Shown here one piece after another: positions 39,032 to 47,743 of a stretch of DNA of 64,000 nucleotides; the stretch's first letter is position 1; every line of letters starts with the position of its first letter. This DNA comes from a candidate division WOR-3 bacterium. GTDB taxonomy: Bacteria; Hydrothermota; 32-111. Where the stretch lies: positions 224,001-288,000 of the forward strand of contig JBBFKX010000001.1 of the NCBI GenBank assembly GCA_037481815.1. Reading direction: 5' to 3'. The notes beneath the pieces are model-generated. The model was not told the DNA's origin. It was given only the letters and a program-made list of their open reading frames with translations, and searched no databases. The translations under genes were made by a program, and so were the position numbers.

Positions 39032-41741
39032 GAAAAAAGAGAAAGAGATTTTACTTAAAGAACTTGCTGATCAGATAAAAGTTAGTAGCAAAGATATCAT
39101 TGCATACCTTAAAAAGAAATATAAAAAAAGTTATGAAGAACAAACAATCCTTGAAGTTGAAATTGCGAAGGAAATAGCAGAATATTTCAAAGAACAAAAA
39201 AAGAGCAAAGCGAAAAAAAAGAAAAGCGATGAAAAGGAAAAGAGCGAAAAAGAAAAAACAACAAAAACAAAAAGAACTTCTAAAAAATCTACAAAAGAAA
39301 AAATTGTAATAGAGATTAAAGAGGAAGAGGAAGAAGAAGAGGAAGAAGAAAAAATTCCTCAAAAACCAAAAAGAAAGTTCTCACGTATTGAAAGTGTTTC
39401 TGAAGAAGAAGAACCAAAAACCGAAAAACAGGAAGAACAAAAGGTTGAAGAAAAAAAAGAAGAAAGAATACAAGAGATAGAAAAACCCGAAATACAAAAA
39501 ATTGAAAAAAGCAATGAAAATGAAAAAAGTACTGTTTTAAAAGAACCTGAAAAAACAGAAGAAATAATTGTTAAAGAAGAGGTAATTTCTGAAAATAAGA
39601 AGGGAACTTTTGAAGAGGTTGAAGTGGAAAAAAGAGAAACTATTGAAAAACAGAAACCAGTTGAACAACATCCCACAGAAAAGAAACAGTTCCCTCCTGA
39701 AAAAAAATTTGAAAGATATGAAAGAAAAGATAAAAGAGATAATTTTTATAAAGGTAAACCTTATCAAACCCCAAAATTTGAAGAGGTAAAACCAATTTTC
39801 GAACCTGACAAAAAATTCATAACATCCGAAGAGATAACAAAAGGTAAAAAGGGGAAAAAGAAAAAGGTAATCGATGAAAAAGTTATTGAAAAATCAATAC
39901 AAAAAACCATAAAGGCAATTAGAGCCGGGGAATTATCACATAAGAAAAAATATAAAGAAAAACCAAAAGAGGTTAAAGATGAAGGGGAGACAAAAAAGAT
40001 AGCGATTTCCGACTTTATCGTTCTTTCAGATTTAGCAGAGAGAATCAATATCGATCCTGTTGAGTTGATAGAAAAAGGAATAGAACTTGGTTTGATGGTT
40101 ACGATAAACCAAAGGATAGATTTTGAAACCGCTTCATTACTTTTGATGGAGTTTGGATACGATGTTGAAAGGATAGCACCAGAGATTGAAGAGACAGCAA
40201 AAAAAGAGGAAGAGGAAGAAAAAGAAAAATATGAACTTTTAAAAAGACCTCCAGTTATAACAATAATGGGACATGTTGACCATGGGAAAACAACATTGAT
40301 AGATTATTTAAGAAAATCAAGGATAGCGGATTCTGAATATGGAAAAATTACACAGGATCTTGGTGCATATACCGTAAATACAAAGCATGGTTTAATAACG
40401 ATTCTTGATACACCAGGGCATGAAGCATTCACAGCTATGAGAGCAAGGGGAGCACAGATAACCGATATTGCAGTGATAGTTATTGCTGCAAATGATGGAG
40501 TTCAGCCACAGACAATCGAGGCGATAAACCATTGTAAATTAGCAAATGTTCCAATCATAGTTGCGATAAACAAAATAGATCTTCCTGAAAGCGATATCAA
40601 CAGAGTCAAAAGAGAACTTTTAAACATAAATGTTGTCCCGGATGAATTCGGTGGTAATGTTCCTGTTGTTCCAATCTCTGCAAAAACAGGGAAAAATGTC
40701 GAAGAATTACTTGAAACGATTGCTATACAGGCCGAATTATTAGATCTTAAAGCACCTTATGAAGGAACGGTTAAAGGAACTGTAATCGAGATAAAGCAGG
40801 ATAAAGGTCTTGGGGCTATTTTTAATTGTATCATTCAAAAAGGGACACTGAAAAAGGATGATTTTTTTGTTGTTGGAAAGGTTTATGGAAAAGTGAGAAA
40901 AATGTTGAACGAGTTTAAACAGGAGGTACAAAAAGCAACTCCTGGAGTTCCAATAATGATTGTAGGAGCAAATGAGTTACCAGAGGTCGGAGATATTTTA
41001 ACAACGGTGGAAAATGAAAAGATAGCGAAAGAGATCGCTCGAGAAAGATATTTTGCATACAGAGAGCAACTTTTGAAGAAGAGAGAAATAACATCACTTG
41101 ATGGGTTTGAAAAACAACTTGAGATAATGAAAAAGAAAGAGCTAAATATTATCATAAAAGGAAAGGCATATGGTTCAATAGAGGCACTTGCCGATTCGTT
41201 GCAGATGTTATCAAATGAAGACGCGATTGTTAATGTAGTGTTGAAAGATGTCGGAATTGTAACAGAAAATGATGTCAATGCTGCAATAGCATCCAAAGGT
41301 ATGATAATAGCATTTGATACATCCATAGATCCAAATGCCAGGACAAAAGCAAAAACTGAAGGCATCATTATAAAGCAATACAATGTTATATATGATGTTA
41401 TAGATGATGTAAAAAATGCATTAAAATCTTTCAAAGAAGTTGTTTACGAAAACAAGATAATTGGAACTGCAGAGGTGAGAGAACTGTTTAAAATTTCGAA
41501 ACTCGGAACGATAGCGGGGCTCTATGTACTTGATGGAAAAATTGTTCGAAATTCGATGATAAACATTTTAAGAAATGGGGATGATATTGGAACATACCCT
41601 ATAAAAACTTTGAAGAGATTTAAAGATCATGTTAAAGAGGTTGAAGCAGGTTATGAATGTGCTGTTTTACTCGATGGCTTTGATGATATAGAAAAAGGTG
41701 ATATTTTTAAATGTGTCATTAAAGTTGAAAAGAAAGATTGA
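39024..41741 (+). CDS. infB: Translation initiation factor IF-2
   Basis: RPPVITIMGHVDHGKTT, DTPGHEAF, NKID; long K/E-rich N-terminus. Confidence 0.97.
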   Translation: MPKKKEKEILLKELADQIKVSSKDIIAYLKKKYKKSYEEQTILEVEIAKEIAEYFKEQKKSKAKKKKSDEKEKSEKEKTTKTKRTSKKSTKEKIVIEIKEEEEEEEEEEKIPQKPKRKFSRIESVSEEEEPKTEKQEEQKVEEKKEERIQEIEKPEIQKIEKSNENEKSTVLKEPEKTEEIIVKEEVISENKKGTFEEVEVEKRETIEKQKPVEQHPTEKKQFPPEKKFERYERKDKRDNFYKGKPYQTPKFEEVKPIFEPDKKFITSEEITKGKKGKKKKVIDEKVIEKSIQKTIKAIRAGELSHKKKYKEKPKEVKDEGETKKIAISDFIVLSDLAERINIDPVELIEKGIELGLMVTINQRIDFETASLLLMEFGYDVERIAPEIEETAKKEEEEEKEKYELLKRPPVITIMGHVDHGKTTLIDYLRKSRIADSEYGKITQDLGAYTVNTKHGLITILDTPGHEAFTAMRARGAQITDIAVIVIAANDGVQPQTIEAINHCKLANVPIIVAINKIDLPESDINRVKRELLNINVVPDEFGGNVPVVPISAKTGKNVEELLETIAIQAELLDLKAPYEGTVKGTVIEIKQDKGLGAIFNCIIQKGTLKKDDFFVVGKVYGKVRKMLNEFKQEVQKATPGVPIMIVGANELPEVGDILTTVENEKIAKEIARERYFAYREQLLKKREITSLDGFEKQLEIMKKKELNIIIKGKAYGSIEALADSLQMLSNEDAIVNVVLKDVGIVTENDVNAAIASKGMIIAFDTSIDPNARTKAKTEGIIIKQYNVIYDVIDDVKNALKSFKEVVYENKIIGTAEVRELFKISKLGTIAGLYVLDGKIVRNSMINILRNGDDIGTYPIKTLKRFKDHVKEVEAGYECAVLLDGFDDIEKGDIFKCVIKVEKKD

Positions 41742-42022
41742 TGAAAGTCACAACTGTAAAAATAGAACTTTTTATGAAAGAAGCACAAACTTTAAAGGAT
41801 AAAAGAAGAGTTATCAAATCTTTGATTGAAAGAATCAAAAACAGATACAATGTCTCTATTTCAGAAGTCGATGATAACGATTCCTGTAAAAAATCAACAA
41901 TAGGCATTGCAATAGTGTCCAATGATACCAGATTCAACGATAGACAGGTAAAAGAGATTATAAATTTTATCGATTCGAACCCACTTGTTATGATCATAAA
42001 AAGTGAGATGGAAATATGGTAA
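41741..42022 (+). CDS. DUF503 (YlxP-like) protein
   Basis: TLKDKRRVIKS..YNVSISEVD; located between infB and rbfA. Confidence 0.85.
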   Translation: MKVTTVKIELFMKEAQTLKDKRRVIKSLIERIKNRYNVSISEVDDNDSCKKSTIGIAIVSNDTRFNDRQVKEIINFIDSNPLVMIIKSEMEIW

Positions 42023-42369
42023 GTGAACGAAGACATAAAAGGATAGAATCTGAAATTTTAAAAGTTGCTTCAATTTCACTTGAGTATATAAAGGATCCAA
42101 AATTGAAATTGATAACTTTCACAAGAGTTGAAGTTACAGATGATTTACAATACGCAACAATTTTTTATATTGCACATAAAAAGAAAGATTACATACCCTT
42201 ACATCTTGAAAAGGCAAAAGGTTTCTTCAGAAACCATATCAGTGAAAAAATAAATTTAAGGAAAACTCCCGAAATCAAATTCAAATACGATGATGGGCTT
42301 GAATATCAACTGCGAATTGAAAATCTACTTCAAGAGTTAAAAGATGAAGAAGATAATAGAGAAGATTAA
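42016..42369 (+). CDS. rbfA: Ribosome-binding factor A
   Basis: KDPKL, VEVTDDL, LRKTPEIKFKYD. Confidence 0.92.
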   Translation: MVSERRHKRIESEILKVASISLEYIKDPKLKLITFTRVEVTDDLQYATIFYIAHKKKDYIPLHLEKAKGFFRNHISEKINLRKTPEIKFKYDDGLEYQLRIENLLQELKDEEDNRED

Positions 42370-43300
42370 ATCTGCAAAAAGAATTTTGATAGTTTCCCAT
42401 AAAAGACCGGATGGTGATTCTATTGGCTCCCAGATTGGCCTCATACTTGCGTTAAAGAAGATCAAAAAAGATGTTTTCTGTTTGAATGAGGATGATGTCC
42501 CTGAAACTTTTCGCTTTCTAAAAGGTAGTGAGTTTGTAAAAAGAGATATTCCCGTACAAAAAAAATTTAATCTTGTTATTACACTCGATATGTCCGATCT
42601 TTCAAGACCTGGAGATAGAATAGAAAAATATCTGTACGATCTTTTGCAACAAAATATTTTTCTTATAAATATAGATCATCATGATTCGAATAAAAATTTC
42701 GGACACGAGAATTTTGTAGATGTGTGTTCAAGTTCAACAGCGGAAATAGTGTTCAAACTTCTGAGAAAAATGAATATCAAATTTGACACAAATATTTCTA
42801 ATGCTCTTTATACAGGAATTGTTTCCGATACAGGAAATTTCATGTTTGAAAACACAAACTCAGAAACTTTTAATATCGCATCAAAACTTATCGATGAAGG
42901 AGCTGAGAGGCAAAAAATCTCAAACGAAGTTTTTATGTCCCGACCTTTTGCAAAGGTCAAACTCATATCAAGAGTAGTTGACAGAATAAAATTTATTGAT
43001 GATAAAGTTTATTCTTACATAAAACTATCGGATTTTGATGAGTTGAAAGCAAAAAAAGAATACACTGATGGAATAGTTAATGAACTTTTAAAAATTAAAG
43101 GTGTTGGATTCGCTGTTTTGTTAACTGAGGAAGAAGGAAATATCAGAATTTCTTTCAGAAGTAAAATCGAAAAGTACAATGCAGATCTTTTCGCAAGAAA
43201 GTTTGAAGGTGGTGGCCATTATTATGCTGCTGGTGGGAAATCAAGTGATACACTTGAAAAAACCATCAAAAATCTTGAAAAAGAACTCTATTCGTTATGA
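42344..43300 (+). CDS. nrnA: DHH/DHHA1 nanoRNase/PAP phosphatase
   Basis: HKRPDGDSIGS, IDHH, SDTGNF, GGGH..AAG. Confidence 0.9.
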   Translation: MKKIIEKIKSAKRILIVSHKRPDGDSIGSQIGLILALKKIKKDVFCLNEDDVPETFRFLKGSEFVKRDIPVQKKFNLVITLDMSDLSRPGDRIEKYLYDLLQQNIFLINIDHHDSNKNFGHENFVDVCSSSTAEIVFKLLRKMNIKFDTNISNALYTGIVSDTGNFMFENTNSETFNIASKLIDEGAERQKISNEVFMSRPFAKVKLISRVVDRIKFIDDKVYSYIKLSDFDELKAKKEYTDGIVNELLKIKGVGFAVLLTEEEGNIRISFRSKIEKYNADLFARKFEGGGHYYAAGGKSSDTLEKTIKNLEKELYSL

Positions 43301-44340
43301 AAAAAATCGTAGTTCTTTTGGGAGCAAGACCACAGTTTATAAAACATGCTCCCGTTAATATACATTTAAAAAAATATTTTAAAATCGTTCTTGTTCACTC
43401 AGGACAGCATTATGATTTCAATATGTCTGAAATATTTTTTAAATCTTTAAAACTCCCTGTCCCGGATTACAATCTTGGTGTTGGATCGAAAACCCACTCA
43501 CAACAAACTGGTGAAATTATGGAAAAGTTTGAGGAGGTTCTCCAGAAAGAAAAACCATCGGGAGTAATAGTTTATGGAGATACAAACACAACACTTGCCG
43601 GAGCCATAACAACCGTAAAACTCTGCATACCTCTTGTTCATATAGAAGCAGGACTTAGAAGCAGAAACATTTATATGCCTGAAGAGATCAACAGGATAGT
43701 TACCGATAGAGTATCAGATTATCTTTTTGCTCCTTCAAAACTTGCTATTTCTAATTTGAAAAGCGAAGGATTAAAAGGTATTTTTTCAGGGGATGTGATG
43801 TATGATCTTTTTTTAATGCTTGAAAAGGATGTTGAAAGGAAAGTCAATAAAGGTTTGAAAAAAAAGATTGAGAATAGAGATTTTGCTCTATTAACGATTC
43901 ACAGAGAAGCGAATACAAAAAAAGAGGTTTTAAAAAAAATTTTAAACAATGTGTCAAGGTTGGAATATAAAATAATTTTTCCTGTTCATCCAAGAACGAA
44001 AAATTTCCTCTCTGATCAAAGAATTTATAAAAATATTGAATTTGTTGATCCTGTTGGTTATTTTGAAACATTGTTTTTGTTGAAAAATTGTAGAATCGTT
44101 ATAACTGACTCTGGAGGATTACAGAAGGAAGCATATTTTGCAAAAAAACCTTGTATAACTCTCAGGAATGAAACCGAATGGCAAGAGACGGTTGAATCTG
44201 GTTATAACATTTTATCACCATTTGGAGAAATAGTTGACGAAAAAGTTGAAAAAAAGTTTAAATTGAAAAAATATAAATTTTTTTATGGAAAGGGAAACGC
44301 ATCAACGATAATTGCAGAAAAATTGAAGGAGTCATTATGA
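43297..44340 (+). CDS. wecB: UDP-N-acetylglucosamine 2-epimerase (non-hydrolysing)
   Basis: GARPQFIK, GQHYD, GDTNT, HIEAGLRS, PEEINR, TDSGGLQKEA. Confidence 0.93.
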   Translation: MKKIVVLLGARPQFIKHAPVNIHLKKYFKIVLVHSGQHYDFNMSEIFFKSLKLPVPDYNLGVGSKTHSQQTGEIMEKFEEVLQKEKPSGVIVYGDTNTTLAGAITTVKLCIPLVHIEAGLRSRNIYMPEEINRIVTDRVSDYLFAPSKLAISNLKSEGLKGIFSGDVMYDLFLMLEKDVERKVNKGLKKKIENRDFALLTIHREANTKKEVLKKILNNVSRLEYKIIFPVHPRTKNFLSDQRIYKNIEFVDPVGYFETLFLLKNCRIVITDSGGLQKEAYFAKKPCITLRNETEWQETVESGYNILSPFGEIVDEKVEKKFKLKKYKFFYGKGNASTIIAEKLKESL

Positions 44341-45878
44341 AAATAAGAAATGCTTTAATTTCACTTTACAACAAAGATGGCATCGAAAATTTACTCGATA
44401 CTTTAAAAAAATACTCAGTAAAAATATATGCAACAAGTTCGACAGCAAAACATATAAAAAAACTCGGATATGATGTTTTTGAAACTGAAGAAATTACCGG
44501 AATAAGCGAAATTCTTGGTGGAAGAGTTAAAACCCTCAACACAGATCTTTTTGCAGGAATCCTTGCAAGAAGAGATAAAGATGATGTTTCAAAAGTTAAG
44601 GTTCTTTTTGATCTTGTTGTCGTTGACCTTTATCCATTTGAAGAAAGTTTCAAAAACTCAAAAAATCCAGTTGAAAATCTTGAAAATTTGATCGAAAAGA
44701 TTGATATAGGAGGAGTTTCCCTTATAAGAGCGGCAGCAAAAAACTATAAATTTGTCGGAGTTATCGTTGATAAAAATGACTATAAAAATATAGCCGAACA
44801 TATCGAAGAAAACGATGGTTCAATTACAGAATCCACACTTTCACTTCTTGCGCAAAAAGCATTCAATAGAGTAGTTGAGTATGATTCAACGATATTCAAA
44901 TTTTTTAGTATCATAAATCAGAATGAATCGATGTTGCCGAACAATTTGAATTTGATTTTAAAGAAAAAATCAGATTTGAGATATGGAGAAAATCCACATC
45001 AAAAAGGTTCTCTATATGTGGTGAGTGGTTCGAGCAGAACTCTTGCGGACTTAAGAGTGATCCAGGGTAAAGAAATGTCATTTAACAATTATCTTGATCT
45101 TGACGCTGCGATAAACATTTCTTTATCATTTGAGCAACCTGCTTGTTCAATAATCAAGCACTGTAATCCCTGTGGAGTGGGAGTGGGTGAAACAATATCG
45201 GATGCTTTTCAGTATGCACACATCTCTGACCCGAAATCCGCTTTTGGTGGAATAATCGCTTTAAACAGGGAATGTGATGAAGAAACAGCAGAAATGATAA
45301 GCCCTCTTTTTATGGAGGTTCTCTATGCTCCTTCATTCTCAGAAAATTCTTTAAAAATCTTATCTAAAAAGAAAAATTTAAGAATAGTTGAAGGGGAGAT
45401 AGATATAAAGAAAGAAATAGAATTGAGATCCTTAACAGGTTGCTATCTTGCTCAAAACAAGGATAACATTCAGGATAATGCTTCTCTGTTTCAGGTTGTT
45501 ACAGAAAAAAGGCCAACCGAAAAAGAATGGTCGGCGATATATTTTGGATGGAAGGTTGTCAGATTCGTAAAATCAAACGCGATAGTTATTGCCACACCCA
45601 ACCGAACAATGGGAATATCAGGTGGGCAAACTTCAAGAGTTGATGCTGTTGAAATTGCGCTCAAAAAAACTGGAGGAATGGCAGCGTATACTGGTGGTTC
45701 TGCGCTTGCATCCGATGGTTTTTTCCCGTTCAGAGATTCAATAGATTTGATAGCGAAAGAAGGTATATACGCGATAGTTCAACCAGGTGGTTCGATCAAG
45801 GATCAAGAGGTTATCGAAGCGTGTAATGAACATGGTATTTCAATGGTGTTTACAAATGTGAGACATTTTAAACACTGA
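44337..45878 (+). CDS. purH: Bifunctional AICAR transformylase/IMP cyclohydrolase
   Basis: GGRVKTL, IDIGG..RAAAKN, LRYGENPHQ, KHCNPCG, SDGFFPF, QPGGS, RHFKH. Confidence 0.96.
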   Translation: MKIRNALISLYNKDGIENLLDTLKKYSVKIYATSSTAKHIKKLGYDVFETEEITGISEILGGRVKTLNTDLFAGILARRDKDDVSKVKVLFDLVVVDLYPFEESFKNSKNPVENLENLIEKIDIGGVSLIRAAAKNYKFVGVIVDKNDYKNIAEHIEENDGSITESTLSLLAQKAFNRVVEYDSTIFKFFSIINQNESMLPNNLNLILKKKSDLRYGENPHQKGSLYVVSGSSRTLADLRVIQGKEMSFNNYLDLDAAINISLSFEQPACSIIKHCNPCGVGVGETISDAFQYAHISDPKSAFGGIIALNRECDEETAEMISPLFMEVLYAPSFSENSLKILSKKKNLRIVEGEIDIKKEIELRSLTGCYLAQNKDNIQDNASLFQVVTEKRPTEKEWSAIYFGWKVVRFVKSNAIVIATPNRTMGISGGQTSRVDAVEIALKKTGGMAAYTGGSALASDGFFPFRDSIDLIAKEGIYAIVQPGGSIKDQEVIEACNEHGISMVFTNVRHFKH

Positions 45879-45885
45879 GGTGAAT

Positions 45886-46893
45886 ATGGGATTTATGGGA
45901 TTCAAAAATAAAAAACCTAAGATTGGACTTGCTCTTGGTTCTGGTGCAGCAAAAGGTTATGCTCATATTGGTGTTTTAAAAGTTCTTGAAGAATTGAAAA
46001 TCAAACCTGATGTGATCGCAGGAACTTCGATGGGGGCACTCGTTGGTGTATTATATGCTTCAGGTTATCTTGCAAAAGATATTGAGGATCTTGCAAACAG
46101 GATAGATAAAAAAGAGGTAAAAAAACTGTTTAAGATCACATTTGATGGAGCGGGACTTGTCAATGGAGAAATTTTAAACAGATATATTGATTCGTTGCTT
46201 CCTGTTGATACCTTTGATAAATTAAAAATTCCATTTGGCTGTGTAGCATGTAACATTATCGATGGAAGGGAGTTGAATTTCACTAAGGGATTTTTAAGGG
46301 ATGCAGTGCGTGCATCGATTTCTATTCCTGGAATCATAACTCCAAAAATGTTAAAAAATTATGCTCTTGTTGATGGTGGTTTAGTTAATCCTGTCCCGGT
46401 ATCTTTATGTAGAAGGTTGGGAGCAGATGTGGTAATCGCTGTGAATGTATTACACACTCCGGTTTTAAAATGTAAATGTGCTGATTTCCCTATAGCCGAA
46501 AAAACTGAAAACTACCAGATGCAAAAAGTGGATCAGGCGACAAATTTTAATGAAAAATTAAAAATTTTTATAAAACAGGAAATTGAAACGATTGAAAAAA
46601 GAGCAAAAATTTTGGGTTCACTTTTAAATCTGAATGACAAACTGAACATCATGGATGTTCTATCACAAACATTTATGATAGCAGAGTCAAATCTTGCAAA
46701 TTTCAGGTTGAATTTTGATAAACCAGATTTTTTGATTCAACCTGACATGACATCGATAAAACATTTCGATTTCTATAAATCAGAGGAGGCTATACTTCTC
46801 GGTGAAAAGGAGATGTGGAAATTCGCGGCAGAAAGTAAAATCGCTGATAGATTAAAAAATTATGAACCATTTAAAAAATTTTTACATCGATAG
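45886..46893 (+). CDS. Patatin-like phospholipase (RssA-like)
   Basis: GSGAAKG.AHIG, GTSMG, DGG. Confidence 0.9.
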   Translation: MGFMGFKNKKPKIGLALGSGAAKGYAHIGVLKVLEELKIKPDVIAGTSMGALVGVLYASGYLAKDIEDLANRIDKKEVKKLFKITFDGAGLVNGEILNRYIDSLLPVDTFDKLKIPFGCVACNIIDGRELNFTKGFLRDAVRASISIPGIITPKMLKNYALVDGGLVNPVPVSLCRRLGADVVIAVNVLHTPVLKCKCADFPIAEKTENYQMQKVDQATNFNEKLKIFIKQEIETIEKRAKILGSLLNLNDKLNIMDVLSQTFMIAESNLANFRLNFDKPDFLIQPDMTSIKHFDFYKSEEAILLGEKEMWKFAAESKIADRLKNYEPFKKFLHR

Positions 46894-47743
46894 ATGTTTC
46901 CTTTGTGGAAACATGTGTGGTGCAAAAAGATATAAAGGAGAAACAGGTATCTGTAATGCAGACCACAAGATCAAGATCGCATCGAAAAATCTCCATTTTG
47001 GAGAAGAACCACCGATTTCTGGAACTGAGGGTTCTGGAACGATCTTCTTTTCAAACTGTTCTATGAAATGTATATACTGTCAGAATTATCCAATATCTCA
47101 ACTTGGAGTTGGAAACATTACGGATGAAGAAGGATTAAAAGAAGCGATAATTGATTTACAGAAAAGGGGAGCAAAGAATATAAATTTTGTCACTCCAACA
47201 CACTATACTTATCACATCTATGATGTTGTAAAAGAAATAAAAGGTAAAGAATTGAAAATACCAATCGTCTGGAACACATCTTCTTATGAAAATCCTGAGA
47301 TTGTTGATTTTTTAGACGAGATTGTAGATGTTTATCTTGCTGATATCAGATACTCCAACGATAACGATGCAAGAAAATACTCTTCCGTTGATAACTATGT
47401 TTCAATTGTTTTTGAAAACATCAAAAAATTTTTTAAACAGAAGGGAAATTTAAAAGTCGACAAAGATGGATATGCACAGAAAGGTTTGATCATAAGAATA
47501 CTTTTGTTACCAGGTAAAGTAAAAGAGATGAAAGATATAATTAAATTTTGTTTTGATAACTTTGGTAATGAAATCTCTCTTTCTTTGATGTCACAATATA
47601 CACCATACTTTAAAGCACTTGATGATCTCTTGTTAAAAAGAAAGGTTTATGTTGAAGAATATGAAGAGATCGTTGATTATGCTAACATGTTAGGTCTTGA
47701 AAACTGCTTTATACAGGAGTTTGATAATCTGGAGGAAAAATGA
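46862..47743 (+). CDS. Radical SAM protein, PflX-like
   Basis: HFGEEPPISG..GSGTIFF, CSMKCIYCQN, NINFVTP, MSQYTP. Confidence 0.88.
   Translation: MNHLKNFYIDRCFLCGNMCGAKRYKGETGICNADHKIKIASKNLHFGEEPPISGTEGSGTIFFSNCSMKCIYCQNYPISQLGVGNITDEEGLKEAIIDLQKRGAKNINFVTPTHYTYHIYDVVKEIKGKELKIPIVWNTSSYENPEIVDFLDEIVDVYLADIRYSNDNDARKYSSVDNYVSIVFENIKKFFKQKGNLKVDKDGYAQKGLIIRILLLPGKVKEMKDIIKFCFDNFGNEISLSLMSQYTPYFKALDDLLLKRKVYVEEYEEIVDYANMLGLENCFIQEFDNLEEK

Noticed and set aside
39024..40000. GAA/AAA-rich repeats as a repeat element
   Set aside because: Explained by the low-complexity K/E-rich N-terminus of IF-2
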